A DNA stretch of 64,000 nucleotides, taken from the NCBI GenBank assembly GCA_030265395.1, contig JARFYF010000017.1, positions 27,004,686 through 27,068,685 of the forward strand. Reading direction: 5' to 3'. Positions 41,929-55,149 of this stretch are shown in pieces; the first letter of the stretch is position 1; the number at the start of each line of letters is the position of its first letter. This DNA comes from Rhina ancylostomus (lineage: Eukaryota). Position numbers and translations under genes: made by a program. Under the pieces are notes generated by a model. The model was given only the letters and a program-made list of their open reading frames with translations, had not been told where the DNA came from and searched no databases.

Positions 41929-41929
<1 letters not shown>

Positions 41930-41964
<35 letters not shown>

Positions 41965-42022
41965 CACTCACCACACACATGTGCATACAGACACGTACAC
42001 ACACACGTATGCACACACACAC
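41930..42022. repeat. (CA)n microsatellite with degenerate extension
   Basis: Direct observation. Confidence 0.95.
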
Positions 42023-43904
42023 CTGCTTCTTCACCCTTTCTTCTTTCTCTCTCTTTCTTGCACAGAGCATCTTGACCTTCCACTTTCTTTCCTTCTCTTA
42101 TCACTGCTCCAGATGACTCAGCAGTACAACATTCATCGCTCCATTGTTCCATACTCTTGCATTCATTTCCATGACTATTCCACACAATCATCCAAGAAAG
42201 CCACAACGTCATGTCCACTTAACCACTTCTCACAATAGCTTTCTATTGTAGGGGAATATGTCAAGGAACAGGTGCCTGGGCTTTAGGCTGTAGGGGGCCC
42301 CAACAGGTTAACTCCTTTGGAGGAGCAAGCGAGTTGTTGCAGCAGCCAAACCCCAGGTACCAGAACTAGTCTGACATATGCAAAGAGTGACTGACTACCT
42401 TGTACCCTAGCATCACTTAGTTACATTGGTTGAAGAACATCTGATCTATTTTGCTCTTCCTGGGCATCAGAGGACATCTGTATCTCGGGGCCAGGGTCAA
42501 CCTTCCAGTAGCCAGGCAGCTGCCACACATTATGGTGAGGTGACAGGGTTTCCAAACCTGCATGGAAAAGCATGACAACTACTGGTAGTGGATAGACTTT
42601 GCTGCATTGTTTCAATAAGTTCTCTTTGCACACAAATATTTTGTTCCTTTAAAGCTGTTACATTTGTGCAGCCTATGTTGAGTGAAGCCACTTAATGTAA
42701 CTGATGTAGATTATGCTCATTCTTTTCATTCTTTAGTTCCTTTGCCTTCATTAACAGAGGTAGGTCAACTAAAGACTCTGTACAGTTTGTACAGCTGTCA
42801 TTTCAAAGCACAAAATGAATGCCTGTGTAAATTGATACAACTTGCTCCATGTAGTCACGTGCTACAAGAGTATAACATTCCTTTCCTTCGTGGCGTTTGT
42901 TGATTACTGGGATAGCCTTCAAACAGTCATTCAAAGGAGGGGATAGTGAGGCCAATCTGTGGTGCCATTTGATGAGGCCACATTAAGCTACCTTATTCAT
43001 CATAGAGCAGTCAGTGGCAGTGTGCTATTGATACATCTCCTTACAATTTAATGATTTCATGTTAGCATTGTTAGAGGACTCATGCAGATGGTTCAAATGC
43101 TTATAATGGTCATTTATTGCAGAGATGGGGTTTCCTCAGAAACTGTACACTAGTGCAAAGTGAGGTCATCACACGTGTGATCCTGTTGGAAGAACATGAG
43201 GAAACATGAGGGTGATCTCAAATAGGCAATTGCATTGACAAAGGTCACGCATCATAAGGCCATGCAACATCTTAGCCTTTCTGTTTGCGAACCATCTGCC
43301 ACTGAAATGTCATTGCTGCTTGAAGAAACACAGAAGAGCAACAGTGGATATTGTATATCTGTTTGAACCAATTGTTGCAGAACTGCAATATTGTGTATCT
43401 TTCACACAGGCTTCATGAGAAGACTATGGCCAGAGTCCGGCCGTCAAAGTATGAAGTTAAGTCTGTGTCTGAATGGACTATATGCCAAATGAATCACGTT
43501 GTTAGAGATTTGGCTGCAATTCTAAATGAGACCATGAGGCCTAATGAGTTTATGCCTTGATCAAGCAAAACGATTACCATTTGCAGCTGTTGCCTTAATA
43601 TTCCTTTGATTCAGGAGGAGATTATTAAGTGTCCTTGTGACCTCATTGAGTTGCCCTGGTACTTTGTATTGCTGTTGTACTTGATTGCATATTTCTAAAG
43701 TGGGCCATTTGATGAGCACCTATAAGACTGGCAAATCGGAAGAATTGCTTCAGAAGGTATTCAGCTTCTCAGATTAAATTGAGATACAACAAGTTTTGGA
43801 TTGACAAGTGAAAATAGAGTGCACAATAAGGAATAATATTCAAATTTTTACAAGGTTGGATGTGATTAGAAGTGGATTTTTTGTTTGCTCCACATTTTCT
43901 GTAT

Positions 43905-44220
43905 GACAGAGAAAGAGGCCATTCAACTCATCAAGTCTATGCTGCCTCACAAAGGAAACCCATTTCCCACTTATGCTCCCCACATTCCCATCAACTTCCC
44001 CCAGATTGTCCCACTCACCTGAGCACTGGAGGCAATAACAGCAGCCAATGAAGCTACCAGCCCACATGTCCTCAGGATGTGGGAGGAAACCAGAGCACTG
44101 GGATGAAACCCACTTGGTCATTGGGAGAACGTGCAAGCTCAACACAGACAGCATCAGAGATTGTGAATGAACCCAGGACACTGGTGTAGTGAGGCAGCAG
44201 CACTAATAGCTGCACCACTA
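43905..44220 (-). mobile_element. HE1/V-SINE-like SINE nested in the Harbinger fossil
   Basis: ggatgtgggaggaaaccagagcac..gggagaacgtgcaagctcaacacagacagca. Confidence 0.8.
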
Positions 44221-44499
44221 TCTTTATTTCTGAGAATGCCCTTATGCAATGTGTGGCTGAGGCTGAAATGAAAAGAGAGCTTTAAGCTGCTGTTTTTGGA
44301 AGACAAACTCTGAATTCGTTTTAAGCTATAACTTTATAGATGAAGTATGTAGTGATAATTAACAGAGCTACACTGACTGAAGACCATTCACTACTTTCTT
44401 TAGTGGTTTAGGTGATCCTGCAAGGGTATGAGTGTACAGGAAAGCAGTAGATGTTATTGGTAGAATGAGAATCTTTCTGGGATCAGGTGGTGCTGTTTC

Positions 44500-45400
44500 A
44501 CAGGTTCTCCAGAAACATTTTCTGTTGGAATAAGCCTGCCAAGGGGCACGAAGGTCTGGAATGAGTGGCTGTTCATTCTCATTCTCTCCCTCTTCTCCTG
44601 GTTCCTCCTGATCATCCTGGTCCTCTTGGTGTCATGTCTCCTTGTCTGTCCCTTGCTCCCTCTCAGGAGGAAATGACTAAGTTTGGTGATGTCCATATTT
44701 TGCAGACCACAGTTAAGTAGGAGACTCTGGTGAATGCCGAGGGCCTTGCCAGGCTGGTGCAGATGGGTTAGCTGCATTTTAACAACCCTGAAGTGGTCTT
44801 CATTAACTACCTGATGACAGTGCGGCTGTGTTGTAGTGTTGCTTTACTGGTGTGTTTGGTGGTTTGAGTGGAGTGAGGAACCATTTGAGCAGGGAATATC
44901 TCAGGTTCCCAAAACCTATCCAGCAGGGCAAAGTGTCCCCTGAAAGATGAGAGGCAACTGGGATTGACTTAGAAATGTTGAAAATGTGCAAGCTGTCAGT
45001 GTACCTGGAATTGACCAGTACAAAAGTCCATTTGGATATTGAGCAAATGCACTCCCTTCCTGTAAATAAACAGTTACAGGTTGTAAATGGGAGCTTTAAT
45101 GGTCACTGGAATGTAGGTTTATTAACAGCTACCTGCTCCAATGGGCTGAAGGAGTAGAAGTAATAATCATTTTCCTAATGCTGTGATGAGGGGGATCCTG
45201 TGATATGTGGTAACTACAGCCTGGAATGATCAAGNNNNNNNNNNNNNNNNNNNNNNNNNNNNNNNNCCTTGACTGTGAGACTAGTCTGAGCACATGTATA
45301 AAATTTTATGAGAGCACAGATCTCAGAGATGACTAACTCATGGAAGCACAGCCTGCAATTTTCATGTGAGAAGTGTAGATAAGATCACAACTCCCCATGA
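44500..45400 (-). pseudogene. Degenerate Harbinger (HARBI1-like) DDE transposase
   Basis: The motifs resemble NRKGxHSxNVQ and GYPLxxWLxTP..P..xE..YN in correct order, broken by stops, frameshifts and a gap. Confidence 0.75.
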
Positions 45401-46949
45401 ATCATGGAACTCCAATGACTGCTGCAGGTCCATGTCAGCCATTGAGAGGAATGGCAGGTCAAGATAAATCACCTTTGTGAGTCTTGCTGCATCAGAGTGA
45501 TTTAAGTGAAAAGGAAAGCTCACTCTTCAGTGCAAGCAGTGTGTAGAATAAGCCTTCATCCTGCAGAATGTTGTATAGCAATCTGGCTACAGATGTCAGG
45601 TGCTTGAACTCAGCATTGTTTCCAACCAACCAGCATTACTCGAAGCTGCTGCTTCAGTAAGTGAACAGTGAAACGTTCTTCTGATGAATGGGGATCAAAA
45701 TCTCACTGATGAATTTGGGGCTTTGCACAGCTTCTCACACATTTGGATGAAATTGACACTGAAAACACATGAAAAATCACACCCAAACACAGGCAGAGAA
45801 TGTTAGTGATTGGTGCTAAGACACCTAAAATTGGACGCAGAATTGCATCACTCCGCATTCATGCAATTTTCAAATTTGCAACATTTTTTTCAGCATTGTG
45901 CAAATGAATCTCTAGGCCTCCCTCATCAGCAGCTGCAGGAATATAAAATAAAAACATGAGTTTGTGTCTCTGCTCTTTTTTCAGGGACTGTGCATTTAAA
46001 TTTTTTGGTCCGAAAATTTCTCTGCCACCAACCAATATGGTCAAGGAGTNNNNNNNNNNNNNNNNNNNNATTTCAATAATGAATTTCATTTACAAAGTCC
46101 TTCATACCATCACCTGGTCAACCAATTAAGCCAGAATAGATTTTGATGATACAGGTACCATCCATGGTAAAGCAATTTATGGGGAGTAATGACCAGAGAT
46201 GGATACTTTCAGACCAGATTCCTTCAGCCCCATTATAAAACATTAGCTTTCAAGATCTACAATTACCTTCACACTCAGTGTGTATACATTGCTGATGTAA
46301 TATAAATCCTGATTTCAAAGGTAAATAATAAATATAAAGTGTAATGATTGTCTTGTGAGAATTGCACAATTCTCCAATGACTGTTCCCCTTCCCTCACCC
46401 ACAATACCTCTTCCACCCCTGACAGCATCACGGCAATTTCAATCCATACCTCCCTACAGAATTTTGGAACCCACCTCTTTATCAGTTTTTTGCCTGCCCA
46501 GTATTTCAGTTGACTTCTTTTGTTGTGACTCTGAAACTTAACACATTGGTTGATGTCATAATTTGGACACGAGTCCTGGAATGGCATTAAACATTATGTG
46601 ATATATGACAATGCACCAAAATTACACTGAGAGCTGCAATTTAGAATCACCAGATGAGAAATTTGTTCACACATTTCAGAAATAGAAAGTGCTGTGCTTT
46701 CGAAAATTTGCTTAACCTGGAGAACAGCAACTCTACATATTTTGGTGCCGAGAATTGAATTTCACCCATTTTTAGTGCAGGAAATGGCTGCTGTGCTTTT
46801 CCTTAACTCTAAGTCAGATGCTACCAAAATAAATTGCAAAACTAGGACATCCTTGCTTTAAGAAATTGCTGTTGTGGCTTCCTCCAATATAAAAGCATCA
46901 GAAGTCAACTTACTAGATGGCAGTTGTTAGCTGAGCTCCAAGCTGAGAC

Positions 46950-48262
46950 TGTCATGGTTTGAAGGAAAAGTCAGTTGAGAGGGCAAAAAATGGGGATGGC
47001 AGGGAGAATTGAGGAGCGATGGATAATTTGGATGGAGGCACAGTTTAACGGCATAGTGTTGAGGAACGTTCCCCCCTCTCCCCCACACACAAACACTATG
47101 GAGTGGTACAGTGATGATATTGGTGATGTCACCCGATGTGCAAAGTTCATCATGGGAGTTTCAAGTGCATTAAGGTGAATCATGAATGGAAATGCCTGAT
47201 CTAATTTCTGAATGTTATTTTTGTTGGAAATGAGCACCAGAGAATGCAAAAAAGTGCTTTCTCATGCATGATTTACACAATTTTTAAAATCTGATTTCAG
47301 TTCATGGGTGTCTTAGCATCTGTTAGGAAATTCATTTCCTCATCTTTCAAACAGAATTTCGTTCTTCCTGGTATACTTTTCCCAATGTAAAACTTCCCCA
47401 AATGATGCTATTGGTAGTGCAACAAGCAAGATTTGTTGGTTGTGAGATTTGCAACCTCATTCATCTGATAAAAATGTTCCTTATTTACTAGCAGAACAAC
47501 CAAGCTTCACTGATTGCAGTTCTCCTGAAACAACACTAATTAGGGAGCTTAAACTACACACTTTGTTCTCAGTGAAATCTATGGCCTCCTATGAACTTAA
47601 ATACCACATCACAGCTCGGCCTTGACAGTTTTGCCACTGAGGTCAAGGATGATGATCATTCTCAGCTTCTTATCCTCAGGTTCACGCTGTTGCCTCTGAT
47701 CCCTGCCACAACCCATGGTTTACTGCTTGTTGGTGCATTAGAGGGGGCCACACAAATTCCACACTCAAGGAGAGGAGACATCAGGCATGTTTCCTTCAGT
47801 CCACAGAAGCGTGCAGAGTGTGCTTGGAAATGTACCTGCATGGACCCTTAAGGATTTCAAAGGGTTTTCAGTTGTAGCGCTGGAGGGTCTCTGTTGCACC
47901 CCTTTCCCTTTTACACAAGGAGCAAGCCTCCTGTGGGCATGGCTCTTCTGACCTCCAGAAGCACTCTGATAGCCCCTCCTACAATTGTAGTATCCACTAA
48001 GTTAGTAGCTGAAATAATTTTGCTTGTATAGTGATATGTCCCTTTAAGAGCTGATTTCAGATTGCACCCGTTGAGTTACCTGTTGAAAACTACAAGAACC
48101 TTGATGTCAGTTTCAGCAGCCATTACACAGGGAGATCCAAGAACACCCTTCTTTGAACCTCCCAGATGAAGTTCTTGCATTTTATGTAATGTTCGTTGTG
48201 TTCAAGTGACCCACAGCACTGGTTTAATGCCAAAAAAATCGGTGAGGATCAATTTCTAGGCC
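46950..48262 (-). mobile_element. Possible second Harbinger fragment
   Basis: Ends in TCAATTTCTAGGCC (same TIR family) near 48249-48262. Weak transposase N-terminal similarity (SGDITNII). Confidence 0.35.
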
Positions 48263-49292
48263 ACTGTATACTGTAGTACAGTCAGCAGTGATGATCTCCT
48301 ACACATCCATGTATGGATTTCAGCACAGAAAATCTTTGCCCTGGTAACTAATTGTCAGTGCTATGAGCACCAAATCATTCACCAACCTCGAGCTCTGCTA
48401 TAAGGTGTCCTGAGTTGAACTGACCATTTTGCCTATCACCAACTTTATATTAATGCTAATAAAGCAGTGTCCTAAACAACTGAAGATGTCTGGAACAGGT
48501 AGGACATTTAGCTGCAGCACACTCTCCTGATGGACACGTTCAACTGCACTATTTTAATCACTTTAAAGGGACCAAACATAAATTTACATTTAATTACTGT
48601 GTGGTCTAACAATTATTAGTTTCTTTGAAACACGTTACCTTATGATGTGCAAGGCTGTGAAGATGTTTTCTTGTGTTATTGAAAGGGTAATAAGGAAGGA
48701 GATCAAATGAGAATTTGGATACCGAACATAAAATCTAGCTTAATGTGGGGGGGCGGGTGGTTAAAGATTGCTTCTGTAGAGATCGTGGAGTGATATGTGA
48801 TGGGAGTACTGTTGAAGGGTGGTGAGAATGCAATTCAATTGTTCCCAGTTTTTCACTTATTAAAGTAAATGGCTGTGAAAACGTAGAACCCCGCAAATCA
48901 GGCTCAATGATTTGTATCTGATCCTGGAAGCTCTGCTGTCAACTCTGTGCCAGAAGCAGAATCTACATACATTTAGTCCAATCTCATCAAAAATATAACA
49001 TTTTTGTTAGAAGCAGATAAGCAGCATTAGTTCAAGCAGGCTGTCTCTATTTGATTAATCTCAGTCTTCCTTTCCACCAGACCTCTTAATTTTTTTCTCT
49101 GTTTCTAAGTACTATAAGTTGCCTTCAAACCACCATCCTGGTAACTTTTTTTTGCAGGTCTAAAATTCTTCAAGAAGTATTCCTGCTTGGCTTCCCTTTT
49201 AAGTCCTAATATTTTCTTGTGTACACTGATACCATTCTCTTCTTTAGGATTAGTAGAATTTTGTGACTAGTAGTTTGCTTTATTGCGTTGTA

Positions 49293-49392
49293 AATTTGAT
49301 GAACAGCTCTTGTCCTGAAATGTCTATTGTTTCTCTCTCCATGGATCCTACCTAACCTGCTGAGCATTTCCAGCATGTTCTGTTTTTATTTG
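49293..49392 (+). mobile_element. Penelope-like terminal repeat fragment
   Basis: tTGATGA-acagctcttgtcct-GAAA-tGTC followed by acctgctgagcatttccagcatgttctgttttt. Confidence 0.6.
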
Positions 49393-50409
49393 CTTTACTA
49401 TATTGCAGGTTAAACACACTACATTTTTCAAAGGGAGAAGTATGTTCCAATGGAAATGCTTCATATGAATTTCCTATCAGCACAAATATCAGAAACAAGC
49501 GATGTTATATCTGAGGTCATGGCACACAAGAACACCTTACATAGGTGCATGCTACATCATGACATAAAATATAACGATTGACTTAACTAGAAGGAAAATC
49601 ACACTAACATCTTATTTATCTACATTTCAAACTTGTTATGCATTATTGTGCATTAACCCAAATACCACACACCAACAAATTCAGCCAGTTTAAAAATTGT
49701 TCATAGGTGTGTGTCTTAAAGTTAAATCAAACAAAATCAGATTTATAAATGATATCAAACTACATTTAAAATGTTTTCACAAAGACAATTAGTAAGTACT
49801 TGCATCTTATCTGAATAATTCACTGCTTGTGACCTCTTCTTGGGCATGTTTCCTAAATGCAATTAATGCACATGTAATGAAATGCAACTTCTTTTTCTCC
49901 CCTAGATGCTTCTTCTTTCAGCTACATCCAGTATATGACTATTTTTAGAATTTCCATTTATTTGTTTTTGAATTAGTCTTTCCAATATTTGTTCAAGTTG
50001 AATGTAAATTTCTCCAAGAAAATGAAATCCAACAGATTTGTTTTAGCGTAAAAGACCTATTTTTCTACTGATTCTGCACCTCATGGTATAGAAATCTAAA
50101 TGATGAAAGTTAATGTGGTCTCCAATTAGCTGTGAAGTAAATCTCAGAACTCATCCCACCCCATCTGGTTTTGATCTTGGCACAAGTTGTCAATACCAGC
50201 CATCTCAACCACAGGCAGGCAGCAAGTAAGTGGACAGAAAGAGAGTTTTTCTTCTCTCAGCCACAATACTCCACTTCACAAGGCCTATACTCTAATAATG
50301 GCCTGATAACATTAACAAAATCATCATTCATGTGGCTGTTGAATTAGTGCAGCTACAAAGCTGTTCACTTTAACTTTCAGCTGCCTCAGTGAAGGGTTAT
50401 TCCCTTTTC

Positions 50410-51090
50410 TAATGGATTACCAGTAACACTTTTAATTGTAGTTGACAGCAATTAGAAAATAAATATTGATGGACAGTATTACTTCTTAAAGCATAGATAC
50501 AATTTTTTTTCTCTGAATTGGCATCAATATAAATGTAAATAGCACCACAAAAGATGATAAGCACACTATGCTGAATCACCCTTGGAACTTGTAAGGCAGC
50601 TGTTCTGAGTAACAAAGAATGTGTGTAAGGAACTTATTTTACAGGCAGAGAATTACCTATACATATACTGTATGACAAGGGTAGGTTTAAGTTCATCAAC
50701 CAATCCTCCCATTTTGAGTCAGTCCAGTCAAGCTCGTTTCAAGTACTCAATTAAGTTTTCCAAGAGAAAGAAAGGAGAATTTATGTGATTAACTCATAAA
50801 GCAATTGACTATATGGAAAACATTACTCCCTTTTTTTGGTCAACTGCATAAGGTCATCAAACTTTATTGATTATTTAAGATAACTCAACTGAAACATACT
50901 GTTCAAAATGTGGAATACACTTCATTGTTCATCTAAGTATTAAAATAGAATTAAATCTGTGCACAAAACAGCAATCAAAGTTTGTATGAATATGATAAAA
51001 GTACAAGAGGATATGAAGGAGGCTTGGATTTATGTGCAGTGAAATAAAGTGCAGTGTTTGTTATCATATAAACATAATCCAAACGCAAAG
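50410..51090 (-). other. znf536: Putative 3' UTR of the short ZNF536 isoform with ATTAAA poly(A) signal
   Basis: Repeat-free U-rich sequence follows the TGA. ATTAAA is on the minus strand at 50436-50431. Confidence 0.45.
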
Positions 51091-51101
51091 TCAATCCTTA
51101 C
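51091..51101 (-). CDS. znf536: ZNF536 short terminal coding exon (G-K-D-stop)
   Basis: The minus strand reads ctcataattttcatag|GT AAG GAT TGA. A phase-1 join to the upstream exon gives ...DLSG-K-D*, paralleling the recalled human C-terminus ...DLCGK*. Confidence 0.7.
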
Positions 51102-51810
51102 CTATGAAAATTATGAGATGTGACGGCGATAAAGAATGCTTGGCCTGAAAAATGCTTTGATCTTACAAATAAACAAATCATTTAAAAAGCTCTATTGCAT
51201 GTAATATACAAAGAATGTTACTATTTATTGTAAGTTCTCATCTAGATTAATAGACTTCATACTTTATACAAATGGAATTGCATTCAGACAGTGACAGATA
51301 TTTGAGTGGTTTCTATTCTTAGCTTGCTATTTATACTGCTATTGATGTTGCTTTTACCAGTGCAGGGTCTGTTCTGGTGAAAAAGAGTCAATGCTAAAGA
51401 TAAATTGAAAAGCTATAGAGATTTAGAGGTTTCCAACTCCTCCACTGTTCCTTAGTTTTTAGCACCATGTAATAATGCTGATGCTTCATTTTGCAGTATC
51501 TATCCATCAAATGAAGTAGGTCCCATACCTACATCCATGGAAACATCTCACAATAATTAAGCATCCAATTCATTCCTCCCTTAAGCTACTACATTTCTTC
51601 TCTAAGTATCTACAGTCACTGATCTGAAATGGGGTAGCTTCAATTTAACATAAAACTTAGGGAAACAGAAGAGTTGATGTATCAGTAACATATAGAACAC
51701 AACAATTTTGCAAATTTACTTTGAAATTCCTTGAAGGCATAACAATAAAAGTGATTTAGCTGGCCAATGAGTTCATTGCATTTTAAAAGATGGATTTATT
51801 TGACACCCAC

Positions 51811-53472
51811 CTGATAAATCTGCTCTCTTAGTGGTGCTGCTACTGCTGGTTGAACTATTTCCAATACCATTGAAAGCTGCCATGTTGTCTGTGCTGTAAG
51901 CTCTCAGAACTGACAGCATGTTCATTTGCTGGTCCAGAGGTTGATGGTCATGGACCTGCTCCAGTTTGACCAGCCCTGGTGGAATATTATGAGATGGCAG
52001 AAGATTTAAATTATGCCAAGGTCCACCTTGGTGTTTACCCATGGAACTCAGAAGATTCTGTGATCCTTGTGAAAGAGCTGCACTGTGAATCAGATCTTCT
52101 TCGTCAGAGGTTTCTTCATCAGATGTTGATGGTCGGTTTATGTCAACTAATGCTTCTTGATCATCTGCATCTTGATCATTTACAGACCCTGCATCATCAC
52201 TGCATGGTTGATTACTTACTTCACCAGAGGGACTTAAGCTGGTAGTCCCTGGTGAAACAAGATTCAGCGTATTTGTAGGTATATATTTCAGTTCATTTTC
52301 ATGGGCAGAACTCAAGATAGATGTTCCTGGGCTGCCACTTGTTGAATATTTGTGAAATTGTTTGTAAAAGTCTGTCACTAGAGAACTCAGACTGGAGTCC
52401 ATAGGATTAATATAAGCCTTCTTGTGATCTCCCAAAGAATCACCAGATTGGCCTTGTTGAGATATTTTATCAGGGGAGGAATCTGCCTTGTCAAGTAATT
52501 TTGCTGTTGTAATATCTTTCTTGGTAACAACAGGAGAAATGGACAAACAGGTTTTCTTTGCAACAGATGAAGACTCCCCTCGAAGATCATTTTCAACTCC
52601 AACTGTTCCTGAAAGATTTTCTTTTCGTTTTGATTTTCCCAGGTGGTTTGCTTGAAGGTGAAGAACCATTAGTTCCATTGATGATGTTGTGAAGGAACAG
52701 AATAGACACCCATGCCAAGTAATGTTATCCTGAATGGTAATGGTTGCACCAGGGATTGAAACAGAATCATGTGATGGAGGTCTTACAGACAAATCCAAAG
52801 GTTCATACTGGGATTTTTCTGCAGTTGACCTAGATTTGACAGCTGATTTTTCTTCGGAAGACTGACCTTCAACCCTTCCTTCACAATCTTCAGAGCCTGC
52901 ATTCTTTGTGTGTTTCTCAAGTGTTAATTTTGAGTTAGACTGTTTTACACTTGTGGTTTCACCATACGCTCTTGCCAACATTTCTTTCTCTTTCTCCAAG
53001 GATCTCAGTCCAAAGGTGTCAATAAATGCTTGCAAAGACCCTTGAAAATTGACTCCATTCCCAGCAAGACTCTGAAAAGCTCTGCTTAGATCAGAAAGGC
53101 TTGGAGTTTCCTCACCAGAAACCTCAGGAGTGATTTTCAGATTTTCTGATTGCTGCTCTGATGTAACACTGGGTCCACGTCCTTGGCACTCTGCAGAAGA
53201 AAGTACTCCTACAGGCCACTGCTGAGGAATCAAGTTACTCCTTACGTCAGTTCCAGGCACACCTTTCATAACTCCTCTCAATATTTCTGGTCTGATAAAC
53301 ATCTGGCTTTTGCTTGCTGGCTCTTCAGAATGCTCTTGACGAGGGTGTGCTTGCCCCAGTAGTGGGCTTGTTCCATTCTGCCGCTCCCGATGATGACGTT
53401 CTAAGTGGTATTTCAGGGATGCTGACTGGGTTCCAGCATAGTCACAATGAGGACATTTATACGGNNNNNNNN
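51811..53472 (-). CDS. znf536: ZNF536 large internal coding exon (equivalent to human exon 4)
   Basis: The 509-aa ORF extends upstream in frame to [31 protein letters not shown] (C2H2 finger). It contains [54 protein letters not shown] and [23 protein letters not shown], all matching recalled human ZNF536. Donor TCAG|GTGGGT lies at 51811/51810. The acceptor and first ~8 nt (inferred GEK) fall in the N gap at 53465-53490. Confidence 0.96.
52787..52801 (-). other. PLDLS CtBP-binding motif (coding)
   Basis: Codons CCT TTG GAT TTG TCT within the large exon. PXDLS is the established CtBP corepressor motif. Confidence 0.9.
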
Positions 53473-55149
53473 NNNNNNNNNNNNNNNNNNGTACTAACTT
53501 TATTTTTCCTTAAACATACAAATGTTTCTCTGCAATATGGGCTAAAAATAAACAATCCTTTCCTTTTGTGTGAGAAGGAAGACAAAACATTGTTACAAAA
53601 GCAGAAATAAGTTTCAACATCCAGAACTTTATATGATTCCATACAGTCCCGAAATGAATGATTTAAGACTTACTATGCAGTAAATCATGGATATAATTAG
53701 CAAATGGCAGGCTGCACAAGTAATTTATCATTATTTGTGAAGCACCATTCAAAAATTAATTTAACAATTTTCAGAAAATAGCACTGGTTCAAACAATACT
53801 GTAGCTCAAAGCAAATTTGATACATAGACTAAATGAAACATTAAAAAAATTAAAACCAATGCTGGTTTATCTACTTTTGGTTCTATATTAATTTGAATGT
53901 GCAGTTTTGTATTTGCACTGGTTAAGAAAATACTTAAAAAAAACAAAGCGGATTATTATGTTATGTTCATTGAGCAGAATTTTTTAGGATAATATCCACC
54001 TCATAAATTAGCTGGTTTATGCATATATTTCCATAATTTTTCCTGTTTTGAAGGTATATGGATTTTGCTCATGTATTATGATAATGGACATTTGGTAGCA
54101 ACTCAAGATACTGGATTTTTCAGCAAATCTTTTCTCTTCCATTTCCTTTTCAAATTACATTATTCTTTAAAATTAAAAATTATGGACCAAAGGAATATAG
54201 AAGACAACCACTGCATTCTGTCATTGCACCCTAATCAACATATGTCAGCGAGTTTCTGTTGAAAATTATCATCTCTTGTAAATCTGAAACAAAGCAAAAT
54301 GAATTGAATGGTCTCTAATAAAAGCATGTCCTTTTGTGTTCTCTAACCTGAAGCAATGGGATTATAAAAATGCTCCTGATAAGCTTCACCCATTGTTCTC
54401 AATAAGTGGAGAATTAATGTGATCTCGTCACTTCTCCAACCAATGAACTTAAAATAAAACTCAACTGTGTATATTTATATTGTATACATGTTTTCATTTA
54501 AAGGAATGCTTCAGGTATAACACATCACAATGATCAGAACATTTTCAAAGGCCCAAAGTTCTCACCTTTCTTTTCAAGAGTTTGTCCTTGGCATCCTGCC
54601 ACTGGTAAGTAAACTACTCAACAATATGGTCTAGAAATTTGAGGGTTCTAGTCTAAGCAACCATTGTTGTGAGTGGGACAGCTGCACAAATCACTGCAAT
54701 ATCAGTGAAGAGAAAAAGCATCCAAAAGGCCATACTTGAAGCAAGAGATAGAATCTTTCCCTATACCTAAATGGGAAAATAATGCTTTTTAATGCCCCTT
54801 TTCATAAAATTGGGCTGCACTAAACACAATCGATGTGGAAAATATGGTATACATTTGTCCAATCACCACCTCTTAAGAGGATGACTGGGTGCTCCCCCAA
54901 AAATTACAAAAAAAAACTACTTATTTGAGTCTTGTGCTCCACACTACTTCCTGACTGTCCCCTTGCTAATTGCTTCCACCTTCTTGCAATCATTCAATGT
55001 CCTCTTGTTCACTTTCCTACTCCTCTTAGGACTGGCCTGGAAACTGAAATGCTCTTTGTTGGTGACTTGCCTGTGATCATCCAGCAGGTGTACTTGCACA
55101 TATTTGGTGAATGGGTGCACTATGTTTGGCAATTCACACTGATGTTCCG

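Larger units (their letters stand above)
41370..45918. mobile_element. Fossil PIF/Harbinger DNA transposon (TIRs, Myb/SANT relic on +, transposase relic on -)
   Basis: GGCCTAGAAATTCAT at 41370 and ATGAATCTCTAGGCC at 45904-45918 form a 14/15 inverted match. The + strand has APSFTVSDLRRLEDHITIRVGIL (Myb/SANT-like start). The - strand has IKAP..YRKGVHLLNIQM (45064-45029), YSLLKWFLTPLKPPNTPVKQHYN and an acidic tail. Confidence 0.75.

Noticed and set aside
41891-42238. His/Thr-rich and Cys/Val-rich ORFs
   Set aside because: Translations of the CA microsatellite.
44454-45064. Acidic, exon-like sequence as a ZNF536 exon
   Set aside because: The motifs match a broken Harbinger transposase with stops and frameshifts.
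53302-53302. ATG of the 509-aa ORF as a gene start
   Set aside because: The frame continues upstream through a zinc finger. This is an internal exon, not a single-exon gene.
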